DNA from: an uncultured Chitinophagales bacterium | GTDB lineage: Bacteria > Bacteroidota > Bacteroidia > Chitinophagales > JAHDHT01 | Assembly (NCBI GenBank): GCA_938023075.1 | Contig: CALHDG010000126.1 | Location: forward strand, 21,838-85,837 | Length of the DNA: 64,000 nucleotides | Reading direction: 5' to 3' | In this document: in pieces, positions 50,401 to 59,149 of the stretch | Layout: every line of letters begins with the position of its first letter | Position numbering within the stretch: the first letter of the stretch is position 1 | Made by a program: the position numbers and the translations under genes | The notes under the pieces: generated by a model | Seen by the model: the letters and a program-made list of their open reading frames with translations, nothing else | What the model was told of the DNA's origin: nothing | The model's database searches: none

Positions 50401-53090
50401 CAATAGCCGATGCTGCATCAATAAATGTTGATTTAAGTGCAGCAACCGGTTCAGCAGTTTACATTGGTATAGAATATAGTGATGATGGTGCAGATGGTTA
50501 CAGCGATTGGGATTTAACCAACTTCCAGCTATTAGCCGATGCTTGTCCAACCGTTGGTACACCCATTGTTTCCAATTGTGGTATTAGTATTGACGGCTGT
50601 ACCAACGATGCCGCTTGTAATTATAATCCATCAGCTACTAATGATGATGGTTCTTGCGTAGTTGTTGGAGATGCTTGTACAGACACTAATGGTAATCCCT
50701 CAACGATCGGCCTAGATTGCAATTGTACAGCAATCATCAATGTAACCTGCGCTACATCTGCTAAAATCAATGAATTTCATTATGATAATGCGGGTACAGA
50801 TGTAAACGAATTTGTAGAAATTGCTTTGCCTGCCGGTTCTGACCCTGCATCAGTTCAAATCAACTTATATAATGGAAGTGATGGAACTTCTTACGAATCC
50901 ATAATATTAAGTTCGGCAGAGTATACAAGTTCCAATGCAACTAGCGATTTTTATGTTTGGTCTCCAACCAGCATTCAAAACGGTCCAGATGGTATTGCGG
51001 TAAGTTGTGTAGATGGTACTCAATATCAATTCATTACTTACGAAGGTTCGTTTATGGCAACTGATGGTCCATTTGCTGGATCAGAAGGCACAGACATTGG
51101 TGTTGAAGAGCAAGGTGATGCGCCCGAAACTTCCTCAATTATGTGTGATGGTAATGGAAATTTTATGGCAAATTGTGTAGCTGATGCTGGTGCCACGAAC
51201 AATTTATCGACTTGTGTAACCATAGTTGTTGGTTGCACCGATCCTTGTGATCCTAATTACAATGCAGATGCTACCGAAGATGATCCTTCCTCATGTGCAG
51301 GATACTCAACTGACTGTGATGATGGTGATTGTAACACGTCAGATTCTTATGATAATACAATATGTGCTTGTATAAACACACCAATAGACCCACCTAATTG
51401 TGATGATAGCGATTGCAGTACTGAAGATAGTTATGATAGCGCAACTTGTACCTGCCTAAATATTCCGGCAGATATACCAGATTGTGATGACAACGATTGT
51501 AACACCGATGATACTTATGATCAAACTAATTGTGTTTGTGTTAACACACCAATAAGCCCACCAAATTGTGATGATAGCGATTGCAGTACTGCAGATAATT
51601 ATGATAGCACAACCTGTACTTGTGTCAATACGCCAATCGATCCACCAAATTGTGATGATGGTAATTGTTCAAATGGAGTCGAAACTTATGATGAACAAAA
51701 CTGTGTTTGCGTGCCGGGCACACCACTAACCCCATTAGATTGCGATGATAATGATTGCAATACCGAAGATGTTTATGATGAAGCAACTTGTAGTTGTATC
51801 AATACGCCAATCACTCCACCAAATTGCGATGATGGAGATTGCAATACGGAAGATTCTTATGATAGTGTAAATTGTATTTGTGTCAATACTTTAATTGGTG
51901 CACCAGACTGCGATGATGGTGATTGTAACACAATAAATACTTACGACTATGCCACTTGCGAATGTGTTGCCACACCAATCGAACCACTCAATTGTGATGA
52001 CGATATTTGCGGAACGGAAGATAGTTACGATAGCACAACTTGTACGTGTATTAATACCCCAATAGAACCACCGGTTTGTGATGATGGTATATGTTCAAAC
52101 GGAGTAGAAATCTATAATGCCGAAACATGTGAATGTGAGCCGGGTGTGCCAGGTGAAATTCCAACTTGTGATGATGGCGATTGCAATACCGAAGATGTAT
52201 ATGATGAAGATAACTGCATTTGTGTCAATACCCCAATCGATCCACCAAACTGCGATGATAATGATTGCAATACAGAAGATGCTTATGATTTAGCTACATG
52301 TACATGTGTTAATACTTCAATTACTCCGCCAGATTGTGATGACAGTAATTGTAATACTTTGGATAGTTATGATACTACAACTTGCACTTGTGTAAATTCT
52401 CCAATTGATCCACCAAATTGTGATGATGGCATTTGTGGAACTGAAGATAGCTATGATAGCACAACTTGTACTTGTGTAAATATGCCAATTCAACCAGCAG
52501 ATTGCGATAGCGATAATTGTAGTACTAATGTATGGGATCCAGAAATCTGTGAATGTGTACTAGCCGGGATTCCAGAACCATTAGATTGCGATGATAATGA
52601 TTGCAGTACTACTGACATTTTCGATGAAACTTTATGTGATTGTATCTATCAACAAATTTCAGTTGATCCTGATGATGGCTGCGAATTTACAGATGATAGT
52701 TATGATGCTGCTACTTGTACAGTAACCAACACACCAAACTGTCCTGCAGGCGCTACGTTTAACGAAGGTGCTTGCACTTGCGATGATGTTCCTGTGCCAG
52801 GCTGTACAGATCCTTGTGCGCCAAGTTATAATGCAGAGGCTAATACAGATGACGGTTCTTGCGAAGCTTACACCACAGATTGTAATCAGGATTGTACTGC
52901 CGGCTCATTTGGGGGAAATTGGGACACGATGTCTTGTGCTTGTATAAATGAAACCGAACCGGTTAATGGTTGTACAGATTCAAACGCAACAAATTATAAT
53001 CCAGCGGCTAATTGTGATGACGGAAGTTGTACACTACCGGCAGACTGTACAACGCCGCCTGCTATTGGTACTTTTAATTGTGACGAATAA
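47445..53090 (+). CDS. Giant secreted multidomain protein (lamin-tail-like domains, repeated beta-sandwich modules, Cys-rich 28-aa repeat array)
   Basis: 1881 aa with a signal peptide (ITVAQAQC). It has LTD-like segments (AKINEFHYDN.G.DVNEFVEIALPAGSDP, twice, plus an N-terminal LYIAGIVDGPLPGG... variant). It carries 7 copies of the GCTD..ACNYNP.AT.DDGSC motif and 16-17 CDDxDC repeats. No T9SS CTD is recognisable at its C-terminus. Confidence 0.8.
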   Translation: MNICKTVLSVVFTWLITITVAQAQCGNLYIAGIVDGPLPGGTPKGIQLCANGAIADLSIYGIESVTNGNGSNGTEEYTFEAIALSAGDCIWLTTDIAQFNAFFGFDACYEDNVIGVNGDDAVLLYCSTVLEDVAGDPDTDGSDTNWEYQDGWMYSSDTDANPVFDETEWTYSGADALDGETDNASAAIPYPNTDISCPALMVDCPALGLNIGAACDDANPTTSNDTVTASCNCEGTQSGEALCFTDTACDFEIVAVALNSQADDWSCNAGTYEANGFVGSGTMETSDLWLISGVYDFSGSSNITLQLDAIEGFDGSNIEIFYTTSYAGCPGDASNNWVSAGLIATGAGGTGLSIDLSGSAGSTGVYIGIQYLSGSAPQDASNWTLSNISLIADVCPTVATPVTSNCDLSVGCTDNMACNFDSTATVDDGSCFSVGDACDDGDPNTINDVYVDCSTCMGEELGGNYCSVPVWEAVSVVNNSQLDVWTTITDGWSMNGFCGGGCQEQVDQWLVYGPLDMSATSDLSLLFEAAESFGETPLNINFTTDYSSGCPSSTTWTLASTVTEAGTISIDLSGASSTALYIGIEYSDDGDGGYSDWDLTNFQLLSEACPTVGTPIVSSCDIANAGCISASACNFDPMATEDDGSCLFDGDPCTDSNGNPSTFAEDCTCPSMAVTCASSAKINEFHYDNDGGDVNEFVEIALPAGSDPTSVRVDLYNGSNGTTYDSVVLSASEFISSDGTSDYYVWVVVPQNGPDGIAVSCVDGTQYQFISYEGDFLATDGPFADVMSTDIGVEEAGNSSETSSIMCDDNGNYLSNCTADPGAANNISSCIIELLGCTTETACNYNPEATTDDGSCFSVGDSCDDGNPDTLGDVYTDCSTCMGETPSGQICDAPVWEAVSVINNSQLDVWTAITDGWSMNGFCGSGCAEQVDQWLIYGPLDMSGANNVSLLFEAAEDFTETPLNINFTSDYSAGCPSSASWTLASTIADAASINVDLSAATGSAVYIGIEYSDDGADGYSDWDLTNFQLLADACPTVGTPIVSNCGISIDGCTNDAACNYNPSATNDDGSCVVVGDACTDTNGNPSTIGLDCNCTAIINVTCATSAKINEFHYDNAGTDVNEFVEIALPAGSDPASVQINLYNGSDGTSYESIILSSAEYTSSNATSDFYVWSPTSIQNGPDGIAVSCVDGTQYQFITYEGSFMATDGPFAGSEGTDIGVEEQGDAPETSSIMCDGNGNFMANCVADAGATNNLSTCVTIVVGCTDPCDPNYNADATEDDPSSCAGYSTDCDDGDCNTSDSYDNTICACINTPIDPPNCDDSDCSTEDSYDSATCTCLNIPADIPDCDDNDCNTDDTYDQTNCVCVNTPISPPNCDDSDCSTADNYDSTTCTCVNTPIDPPNCDDGNCSNGVETYDEQNCVCVPGTPLTPLDCDDNDCNTEDVYDEATCSCINTPITPPNCDDGDCNTEDSYDSVNCICVNTLIGAPDCDDGDCNTINTYDYATCECVATPIEPLNCDDDICGTEDSYDSTTCTCINTPIEPPVCDDGICSNGVEIYNAETCECEPGVPGEIPTCDDGDCNTEDVYDEDNCICVNTPIDPPNCDDNDCNTEDAYDLATCTCVNTSITPPDCDDSNCNTLDSYDTTTCTCVNSPIDPPNCDDGICGTEDSYDSTTCTCVNMPIQPADCDSDNCSTNVWDPEICECVLAGIPEPLDCDDNDCSTTDIFDETLCDCIYQQISVDPDDGCEFTDDSYDAATCTVTNTPNCPAGATFNEGACTCDDVPVPGCTDPCAPSYNAEANTDDGSCEAYTTDCNQDCTAGSFGGNWDTMSCACINETEPVNGCTDSNATNYNPAANCDDGSCTLPADCTTPPAIGTFNCDE
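48840..51330. repeat. Tandem duplication of a ~1275-bp (425-aa) module within the giant gene
   Basis: Cys466 (nt 48840) and Cys891 (nt 50115) start collinear segments (CSVPVWEAVSVVNNSQLDVW... and CDAPVWEAVSVINNSQLDVW...). These stay alignable for about 420 aa. Confidence 0.85.
51315..52740. repeat. In-frame tandem array of 16-17 units of 84 bp (28 aa; some 30 aa), four Cys per unit
   Basis: The consensus is CDDxDCxTEDSYDSxTCTCVNTPIxPPN. The first Cys codon is at 51315-51317 and the next unit begins at 51399 (84 bp later). Confidence 0.9.
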
Positions 53091-53158
53091 CCACATCTTA
53101 AATAAAAATTTTTAAAGCGAAAAAATCTTATTATATTTAAGCAATAAATAATTATAAC

Positions 53159-55786
53159 ATGTCTGAAAAAGTATTTCTCTTTTTATTAACTGTATTGATT
53201 TCGGTATTAAACATCGATGTTCAAGCACAAGATCCATGTTTAAACGTTTGCCCCACACAAGGTGCCCTTCTTACTGTATCTAATGAAGACCCATCTGCTA
53301 TAAATCGGGTGGTTTGTATTGATAATTTAACCGGAGCCAACTTTGTAATTAGAAATGGTGCAGAATTAGGTGCTCTTCCAGAAGCCATTTATTCTTGTTA
53401 CTCCGTTGCGGTAAGTGATACTAACCCTGATGACAATACCGAATTTGACATTGCTTCGGTAACGTATACCATAGAAAATATAGATGCAGAATTAGATTTA
53501 GCGTTATTAGATACCGGGGAATGCGGGAGTGTAAGTGCTATGGCAAAAACATTTGATATAAATTCTGCCTATTGCGAACCGGAGTTTGGTTGTATGTTAG
53601 ATTTGTGTTTGTGTGATGAAAATGCAGGTACAGATTTTGTTTTCGATTACACGTCAGCCGAAAATACCGGAGAAACAGAAGAAGTGTTTATTGTAGTAGA
53701 TTTAGATGGTAGTGTTGCAGCGGTAGGCACCAATTCTCCAATAAGTGCCGTAGGTTTGGCAACAGGTAGTTATTCAATATACGGAGTCATTTACGATCCT
53801 GCTAAAGCTGGCAATTTAGTTGGTTTGCTCACTATTGGTGCTTCTTTATCAGATATTCAAACTGAATTGGCAAACTCGGCTTGTGGGTCTATTTCAACTA
53901 CACCATTAAAAGCATCGATTAATGAAGATTTTTGTGAGTGTGAAGATGATGGAGATAAAATGTGTGCTACCGATATTTGTCCATGCAATGGGGATGCCAA
54001 CGAAATAAAATTGTCTACCACAGGTTACACCGGAGGTGATAATCAACAATGGTATGTAGTGGTTTCTAGCGGTTCAATTGTTATTACTCAGCAAGCCAAT
54101 GCAGATGGTTCGGTAGCCATTGCCAACTTGCCAGATGGTGCACACGAAGTATATGCAGTCAATTACGATCCGGCTACAAATACAAATATAACATCTGCAT
54201 TAGAAGCTGGAAATGTATGGTCTAATTTTGCGGATGGCGTAAATAGTGGAACTTATTGTGCCGATTTTATTGGTCCGCAAAACATCTCAATTAATGTAAT
54301 GTGCGATTGCGGTGGAATGTCGGCAATATCTCTTGCTACTACCACAGATGTTTCAGATATCACCACACCCGCTGAGCCAGGTCAGGTAATTAATTATAGG
54401 TATACAGTTTGCAATACGGGTGATGATGATTTAACTGATATTAGTGTTAGCAGTGATATCGCTACCGTTTCAGGTGGAGCAATCAGTTTAGCAGCAGGTA
54501 CTTGTGATGAGGCAACTTTTTCTGCTTCTTATACAATAACGACAGAAAATATCACTAATGGTTCGGTTGTTAGTTCTTCAGTTGCTAATGGTATCGCTTC
54601 TGACGGTACAATGATTTCAGATAATGATCTTGCTACCGTTCAATTATCTATGCAACCGCTTGAGTGTAATAATAATGCTGGTGTAATGCCTTCTACTATA
54701 TTGAATATTTGTTTTGGAAACATAGCTAATGCGCCAACAATGGGAGCTGCAATTGATGCCGGTAGTACGTTAACTTATGTATTGCACGATGGCAATGCTA
54801 CAGACTTTGGTTCGATAATAGATTACAACAATACAGGTTTGTTTGTAAACAATGGTGCGTTTCCTACCGGTATTCAATTATATATATGCGCCGTTATAAG
54901 TCCCGATACTGGCAGTTTCCCTAATCTTGAGGCAGATTGTACCTCAATTTCAAATTGTACACCAGTTACATTTTTATCTGAGGTAGAGATAGGGGTAGAA
55001 GTAGATTGTACTAATAGCGGAAACTATTCGGTTATTTTTGAAGTAAGCGGCGGTTTGCCATCCTCGCAGGTTGGCGGTTTGTACAGTGTAAGTGGAGACT
55101 TTACCGGTTTGGTAGCTCCTAATACGCCAACTTCTGCCGGTCCGTTTAATGCGGGTACTTTCTATACCTTAAACGTTATCGATAATAATGGATGCAGTAC
55201 TAGCATGGTCAGCCAAAAAATTCTCTGTGAGAAATTACCTATTGAGTTAATTAGCTTTTCTGGAGAGGTGCTTAAACAAGGGAACTACTTAAAATGGATT
55301 ACCGCCAATGAAATTGAAAACGATTACTTTACGTTGGAGCGTTCTACTGATGGTGTTAATTTTGAATTGATTAGTACACAAAAGGGAGCTGGCACATCCA
55401 GCGAAAATAAACGGTACAATTACTTGGATAGAGAAGCTCCGAGTGGAATCAGCTATTATAAACTATGGCAAACAGATTTTGACGGAACTATTAGTAATTA
55501 TGGCATGATAGAGTTAAGCCGTGGTGAGGCTAATTTAGCAATTAACCAATTATTACCCATACCAGTATTAGATTTCTTAGAGTTGACTTATACCAGTATT
55601 TCAGAAAGTGAAGTGCAATTGCAAATTTACGATGCCTTAGGTAAACAAATGAGTAGCAAAACGATTTCATCTGCTGCTGGTTTAAATACGGAGAATATAG
55701 ATGTCTCGACCTATCCTTCTGGCATGTATTTCTTAACTATTAATCAAGGCAAATCTACTATAACAGAAAAATTCATTAAAGAATAA
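53159..55786 (+). CDS. Secreted protein with DUF11-like repeat domain and T9SS C-terminal sorting domain
   Basis: It has a signal peptide. The segment ISLATTTDVSDITTPAEPGQVINYRYTVCNTGDDDLTDISV resembles the conserved-repeat (DUF11-type) fold. The C-terminal ~90 aa (PIPVLDFLELTY...MYFLTINQGKSTITEKFIKE) is T9SS-CTD-like. Confidence 0.75.
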   Translation: MSEKVFLFLLTVLISVLNIDVQAQDPCLNVCPTQGALLTVSNEDPSAINRVVCIDNLTGANFVIRNGAELGALPEAIYSCYSVAVSDTNPDDNTEFDIASVTYTIENIDAELDLALLDTGECGSVSAMAKTFDINSAYCEPEFGCMLDLCLCDENAGTDFVFDYTSAENTGETEEVFIVVDLDGSVAAVGTNSPISAVGLATGSYSIYGVIYDPAKAGNLVGLLTIGASLSDIQTELANSACGSISTTPLKASINEDFCECEDDGDKMCATDICPCNGDANEIKLSTTGYTGGDNQQWYVVVSSGSIVITQQANADGSVAIANLPDGAHEVYAVNYDPATNTNITSALEAGNVWSNFADGVNSGTYCADFIGPQNISINVMCDCGGMSAISLATTTDVSDITTPAEPGQVINYRYTVCNTGDDDLTDISVSSDIATVSGGAISLAAGTCDEATFSASYTITTENITNGSVVSSSVANGIASDGTMISDNDLATVQLSMQPLECNNNAGVMPSTILNICFGNIANAPTMGAAIDAGSTLTYVLHDGNATDFGSIIDYNNTGLFVNNGAFPTGIQLYICAVISPDTGSFPNLEADCTSISNCTPVTFLSEVEIGVEVDCTNSGNYSVIFEVSGGLPSSQVGGLYSVSGDFTGLVAPNTPTSAGPFNAGTFYTLNVIDNNGCSTSMVSQKILCEKLPIELISFSGEVLKQGNYLKWITANEIENDYFTLERSTDGVNFELISTQKGAGTSSENKRYNYLDREAPSGISYYKLWQTDFDGTISNYGMIELSRGEANLAINQLLPIPVLDFLELTYTSISESEVQLQIYDALGKQMSSKTISSAAGLNTENIDVSTYPSGMYFLTINQGKSTITEKFIKE

Positions 55787-55808
55787 ATAAACTTAAATAC
55801 AAAATAAA

Positions 55809-55837
55809 AGCCTGCATTTTTAATGCAGGCTTTTTTA
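55809..55837 (+). terminator. Rho-independent terminator
   Basis: Perfect 10-bp stem agcctgcatt/aatgcaggct with a 3-nt loop, then tttttt. Confidence 0.7.
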
Positions 55838-55843
55838 TTTTTG
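55836..55843 (+). promoter_or_regulatory. Bacteroidota-type -7 promoter box TAnnTTTG for trmD
   Basis: tatttttg lies 21 nt upstream of the GTG start at 55865. Confidence 0.4.
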
Positions 55844-55864
55844 TACTAAGAAAAAAAAATAGCT

Positions 55865-56536
55865 GTGTTATCTATCGACATTATTACTGTTCTACCAGAG
55901 CTTTTAGAAAGCCCCTTGAATCACTCTATTATGCAACGAGCAAAAGATAGAGGCTTATTGAAAGTCAACCTGATCAATTTGCGCGATTATTCAACCCACA
56001 AACAAAAACAAGTTGACGATTACCAATATGGTGGAGGAGCCGGCATGGTGTTAATGATTGAACCAATCGCTAATTGCATCAATCAACTTAAATCCGAAAA
56101 ATCTTACGATGAAATTATTTATATGTCGCCTGATGGAGAGCTACTCAATCAGCAAAAAGCAAATTATCTCTCACTAAAACAAAATATTTTAATACTTTGC
56201 GGACATTACAAAGGCGTTGACGAACGGGTGCGCGAACATTTTATCACCAAAGAAATTTCGATAGGTGAATACGTTATTTCAGGCGGCGAGTTAGCTGCCG
56301 TTGTATTAGTAGATGCCCTTGGCAGGTTAGTACCCGGCGTTTTAAATGACGAAACTTCTGCATTGTTTGATTCTTTTCAAGATGGGAAAATTGCTCCACC
56401 GGTGTATACACGCCCAGCAAATTACAAGGGTTGGGAAGTACCCGAAATTCTACTATCCGGTCACGCCGCCAAAATTGACGAATGGCGGGAAGCACAAGCT
56501 CAAAAAAGAACCAACGAAAGAACGAAACTTAGTTGA
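55865..56536 (+). CDS. trmD: tRNA (guanine37-N1)-methyltransferase
   Basis: GTG start, 223 aa. Contains [13 protein letters not shown] and [11 protein letters not shown]...[11 protein letters not shown], typical of the TrmD SPOUT knot. Confidence 0.85.
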   Translation: MLSIDIITVLPELLESPLNHSIMQRAKDRGLLKVNLINLRDYSTHKQKQVDDYQYGGGAGMVLMIEPIANCINQLKSEKSYDEIIYMSPDGELLNQQKANYLSLKQNILILCGHYKGVDERVREHFITKEISIGEYVISGGELAAVVLVDALGRLVPGVLNDETSALFDSFQDGKIAPPVYTRPANYKGWEVPEILLSGHAAKIDEWREAQAQKRTNERTKLS

Positions 56537-56832
56537 TTGCTTAATTCATCAATCCACGCCTAAATTTAACACCAAAAATATATATTGAAATCTATTGCTG
56601 GATTGTACAAATTAATTGAAAATTCAATACATTAAATTTTTACATCTAAATAATTTTTTGTTTACTTCCGAAATTAATTATTCTAAAATTCCCTAAACTT
56701 AATATACATTCTTTTACATTTTGTTGATATTTCTTGTTCAAAAAAAACAAGAATTGATAGTACAATATATTCTTTCATTTTACGCTTAATTGAATAAATC
56801 AATAATAAGTACGTAACTAAAAATTAGAAAAG

Positions 56833-56997
56833 TCTTAAGGAACGATAAAAAATAAATTTACCATCTGACTTTGCCATTTTCCGATAAACTTCCTTGAAAA
56901 GCCTCATCTTAGACCCATTAAGCCTGCGTTTTTCAACTCGTCTATCAAAAAATGACTTTATCAGAGTTGATAAATTTATTTTCTCATCGTTCCTAAG
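56833..56997. repeat. Imperfect 27-bp terminal inverted repeats flanking 111 bp (MITE-like or long hairpin)
   Basis: cttaaggaacgataaaaaataaattta (56833-56859) pairs with taaatttattttctcatcgttcctaag (56971-56997). Confidence 0.55.
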
Positions 56998-57018
56998 AGC
57001 TAAATGATTTATGTTTAT

Positions 57019-58923
57019 TTACTTAACCAAAGAAAACAGCAATAAACCGGTAGTCGTTTTTACATCAATATGATAATTACCCGAAGCGATATGACCAACT
57101 TCCATTTGTATAGTATTAGCTCCTTCAAACAATTCAGCATTAATCTGTTGAACAATCTTTCCATCAATACTTCTAATAAAAATAGTAACCGGTTCATGAA
57201 CAGGAGATTGTAGTTCAAGATTCAACACTTCATTTAAAGGTACGGGATAAACGTTTTCAATAGACAATATTTCAGATTGACCAACCGGAATTTCTTTAGG
57301 CGAAATTATGCCAAGGTCGTAGTTTACAAAGTTGTAAATAATTGTAAAAACCAACACATCTTGAGAAGTACTCCCTTGACAGCCATTACCATCATCATAA
57401 GTATAGGTAATAGTATGAAAACCAGGACCGGCAATGCCAGGGTTAAAAGCATTAAAAATTACGCCATTACCCGAAAAAGTGCCACCTGCTGGAGAACCGG
57501 TTAAATTAATTGGAGAACTGCTACCGGTACTTGCCGGCAAGCCCGTAAAGCTAGCTGGAGGACAAGCAGTGCCATCATCTAATGCCACATCTAAAGTTAG
57601 AGTTTGACAATCCGTTAGGGTTACATTGGTGGTATAAGTATTGTAACCATTTGCTGTTATGGTTACAGTGTATGTACCTTGATTATTAGCTGTTCCAACA
57701 CCATAATATCCACTAAAATTGGTATTGTCATTATCTAAAGGCGGGTTAAAACTAACCATAGCATTGTATATTGGATTACCCGTTGTCAGGTCGGTAACAA
57801 TACCTTCAATATTCGCAGAACAACCAAAATTATTGTCTATTACAAACAATCCATTAGTTCGGTCAGAAGCTAGGAGTTTGCCAGATGGTAAAAAAGGATA
57901 AACCCCCCAACAACCATTATAATATCCTGCAGTTGGTGCGGAGTAAGTATCAAAAAAACCAACTTCCGTTAATATTTTGGGATTTTGAGCACAAACCACC
58001 GTTATCCCATCTTCGTAATAAGAAGTAATTAAATAATCATTATTTACGTGTACATTATGTGGAATTACTCCGGTTCCAGGACCAGATTGGTAACCCGTAA
58101 TTCGTTGAATATTTGTAGGGTCACTAACATCATATGCTCCAACTTCAGCACCTGATATTTCATCGGTTGTATAAAGATAATTGCCGTCATCACTGGGCCA
58201 TACATTGTGCGTAAAGTTAAAAGTTGTATTAATAGATCCTAATACGGTACTGCTGTTCACGTTTGATTTGTTGCTTACATCCACCAAAGAAAATACTCCT
58301 TGAAACAATTCTGCGGTATACAAAATGTTGTTACGGGCATAACCATCGTGGCAATAGGCTAAGTCATATTCTCCTACAATTACCGGATTGGCAGGATTGG
58401 AAGCAATGTCGATAATGAGTGCTCCACCTCCACCAGGCGCATTGCCACCAAACAGATAGCCATAGCCAAATTCATCAATATAAATATTATGTGCGGTATT
58501 GTGTACAAATAGCGATCCATTATACAAATAACCTTGGGCGGCACCATTCCAAAAAGTATAACTACAAGTGCCCGGCAAACTACTCAAGTCAATTACCATT
58601 AAACCACCACCGGTTTCGTTGGTTATATAAGCGCGGTCATTCCAGGTTTTAATGTCTCGCCAATCTGATAGTACATCTGGAATCAATTGCAACTCTACAG
58701 GATTGGTGGGATTGGTTACATCCACTATGGAAACCCCATCCACTAATCCAACTAAAGCATATTCTTTTCCATTGGCAGCATAACCCCAAATGTCGTTTAA
58801 GCCACTGGAGTAAGAAAGCTGTCCTAATAAATTTAACTGGGTTTGTGCTTTTAAGTGAGTATTTAAAAAGAAAGTGAAGATAAAAGTAGATACTAACAGG
58901 AAAAAATTTCTTAATAATTTCAT
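57019..58923 (-). CDS. Beta-propeller (LVIVD / choice-of-anchor-B-like) secreted protein with T9SS CTD
   Basis: It has a signal peptide. The N-terminus LNLLGQLSYSSGLNDIWGYAANGKEYALVGLVDGVSIVDVTNPTNP is typical of the LVIVD-repeat propeller family. It also has a carboxypeptidase-regulatory-like middle segment and a T9SS-type C-terminus. Confidence 0.7.
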   Translation of the reverse strand: MKLLRNFFLLVSTFIFTFFLNTHLKAQTQLNLLGQLSYSSGLNDIWGYAANGKEYALVGLVDGVSIVDVTNPTNPVELQLIPDVLSDWRDIKTWNDRAYITNETGGGLMVIDLSSLPGTCSYTFWNGAAQGYLYNGSLFVHNTAHNIYIDEFGYGYLFGGNAPGGGGALIIDIASNPANPVIVGEYDLAYCHDGYARNNILYTAELFQGVFSLVDVSNKSNVNSSTVLGSINTTFNFTHNVWPSDDGNYLYTTDEISGAEVGAYDVSDPTNIQRITGYQSGPGTGVIPHNVHVNNDYLITSYYEDGITVVCAQNPKILTEVGFFDTYSAPTAGYYNGCWGVYPFLPSGKLLASDRTNGLFVIDNNFGCSANIEGIVTDLTTGNPIYNAMVSFNPPLDNDNTNFSGYYGVGTANNQGTYTVTITANGYNTYTTNVTLTDCQTLTLDVALDDGTACPPASFTGLPASTGSSSPINLTGSPAGGTFSGNGVIFNAFNPGIAGPGFHTITYTYDDGNGCQGSTSQDVLVFTIIYNFVNYDLGIISPKEIPVGQSEILSIENVYPVPLNEVLNLELQSPVHEPVTIFIRSIDGKIVQQINAELFEGANTIQMEVGHIASGNYHIDVKTTTGLLLFSLVK

Positions 58924-59118
58924 TACAAAATGTTTTTTTGTTTAAACAAATATAATTTAATTCTTAAGAATAAAAATCTTAATTAAAAAATTAACAGGCA
59001 TTTAGCCTTTTTTAACCATTTATGTGAAGAAGTATTTGAGTTTTCTATTCACTACAAACCAAACTATTAAAAATTCTAAATAGCTCAAATAATAAAGCAA
59101 CATTTAGGTGAATCCCAT

Positions 59119-59126
59119 TATCTTTG
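59119..59126 (+). promoter_or_regulatory. Bacteroidota-type -7 promoter box TAnnTTTG for trxB
   Basis: tatctttg lies 23 nt upstream of the ATG at 59150. Confidence 0.45.
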
Positions 59127-59149
59127 CACATCAAAATTAAATAAAAAGA

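Noticed and set aside
47794-51238. Multiple 60-86-aa ORFs on both strands inside the 1881-aa gene
   Set aside because: They are embedded in a continuous 5.6-kb ORF with clear domain structure. They are short, lack family resemblance and are explained by the repetitive composition.
51315-52740. A non-coding 84-bp satellite
   Set aside because: The array is perfectly in frame with the surrounding ORF, conserves Cys, Asp and Pro positions, and has no stops. It is a protein repeat.
46517-55837. The shared terminator arm (aaagcctgcatttt) at 46517 and 55809 read as insertion-site direct repeats
   Set aside because: The first copy lies upstream of rimM rather than at the insertion junction. aaagcc...ggcttt stems are also common in terminators here, as in the tRNA terminator at 3185. 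The match is probably coincidental, and it is mentioned only as a note in the synteny finding.
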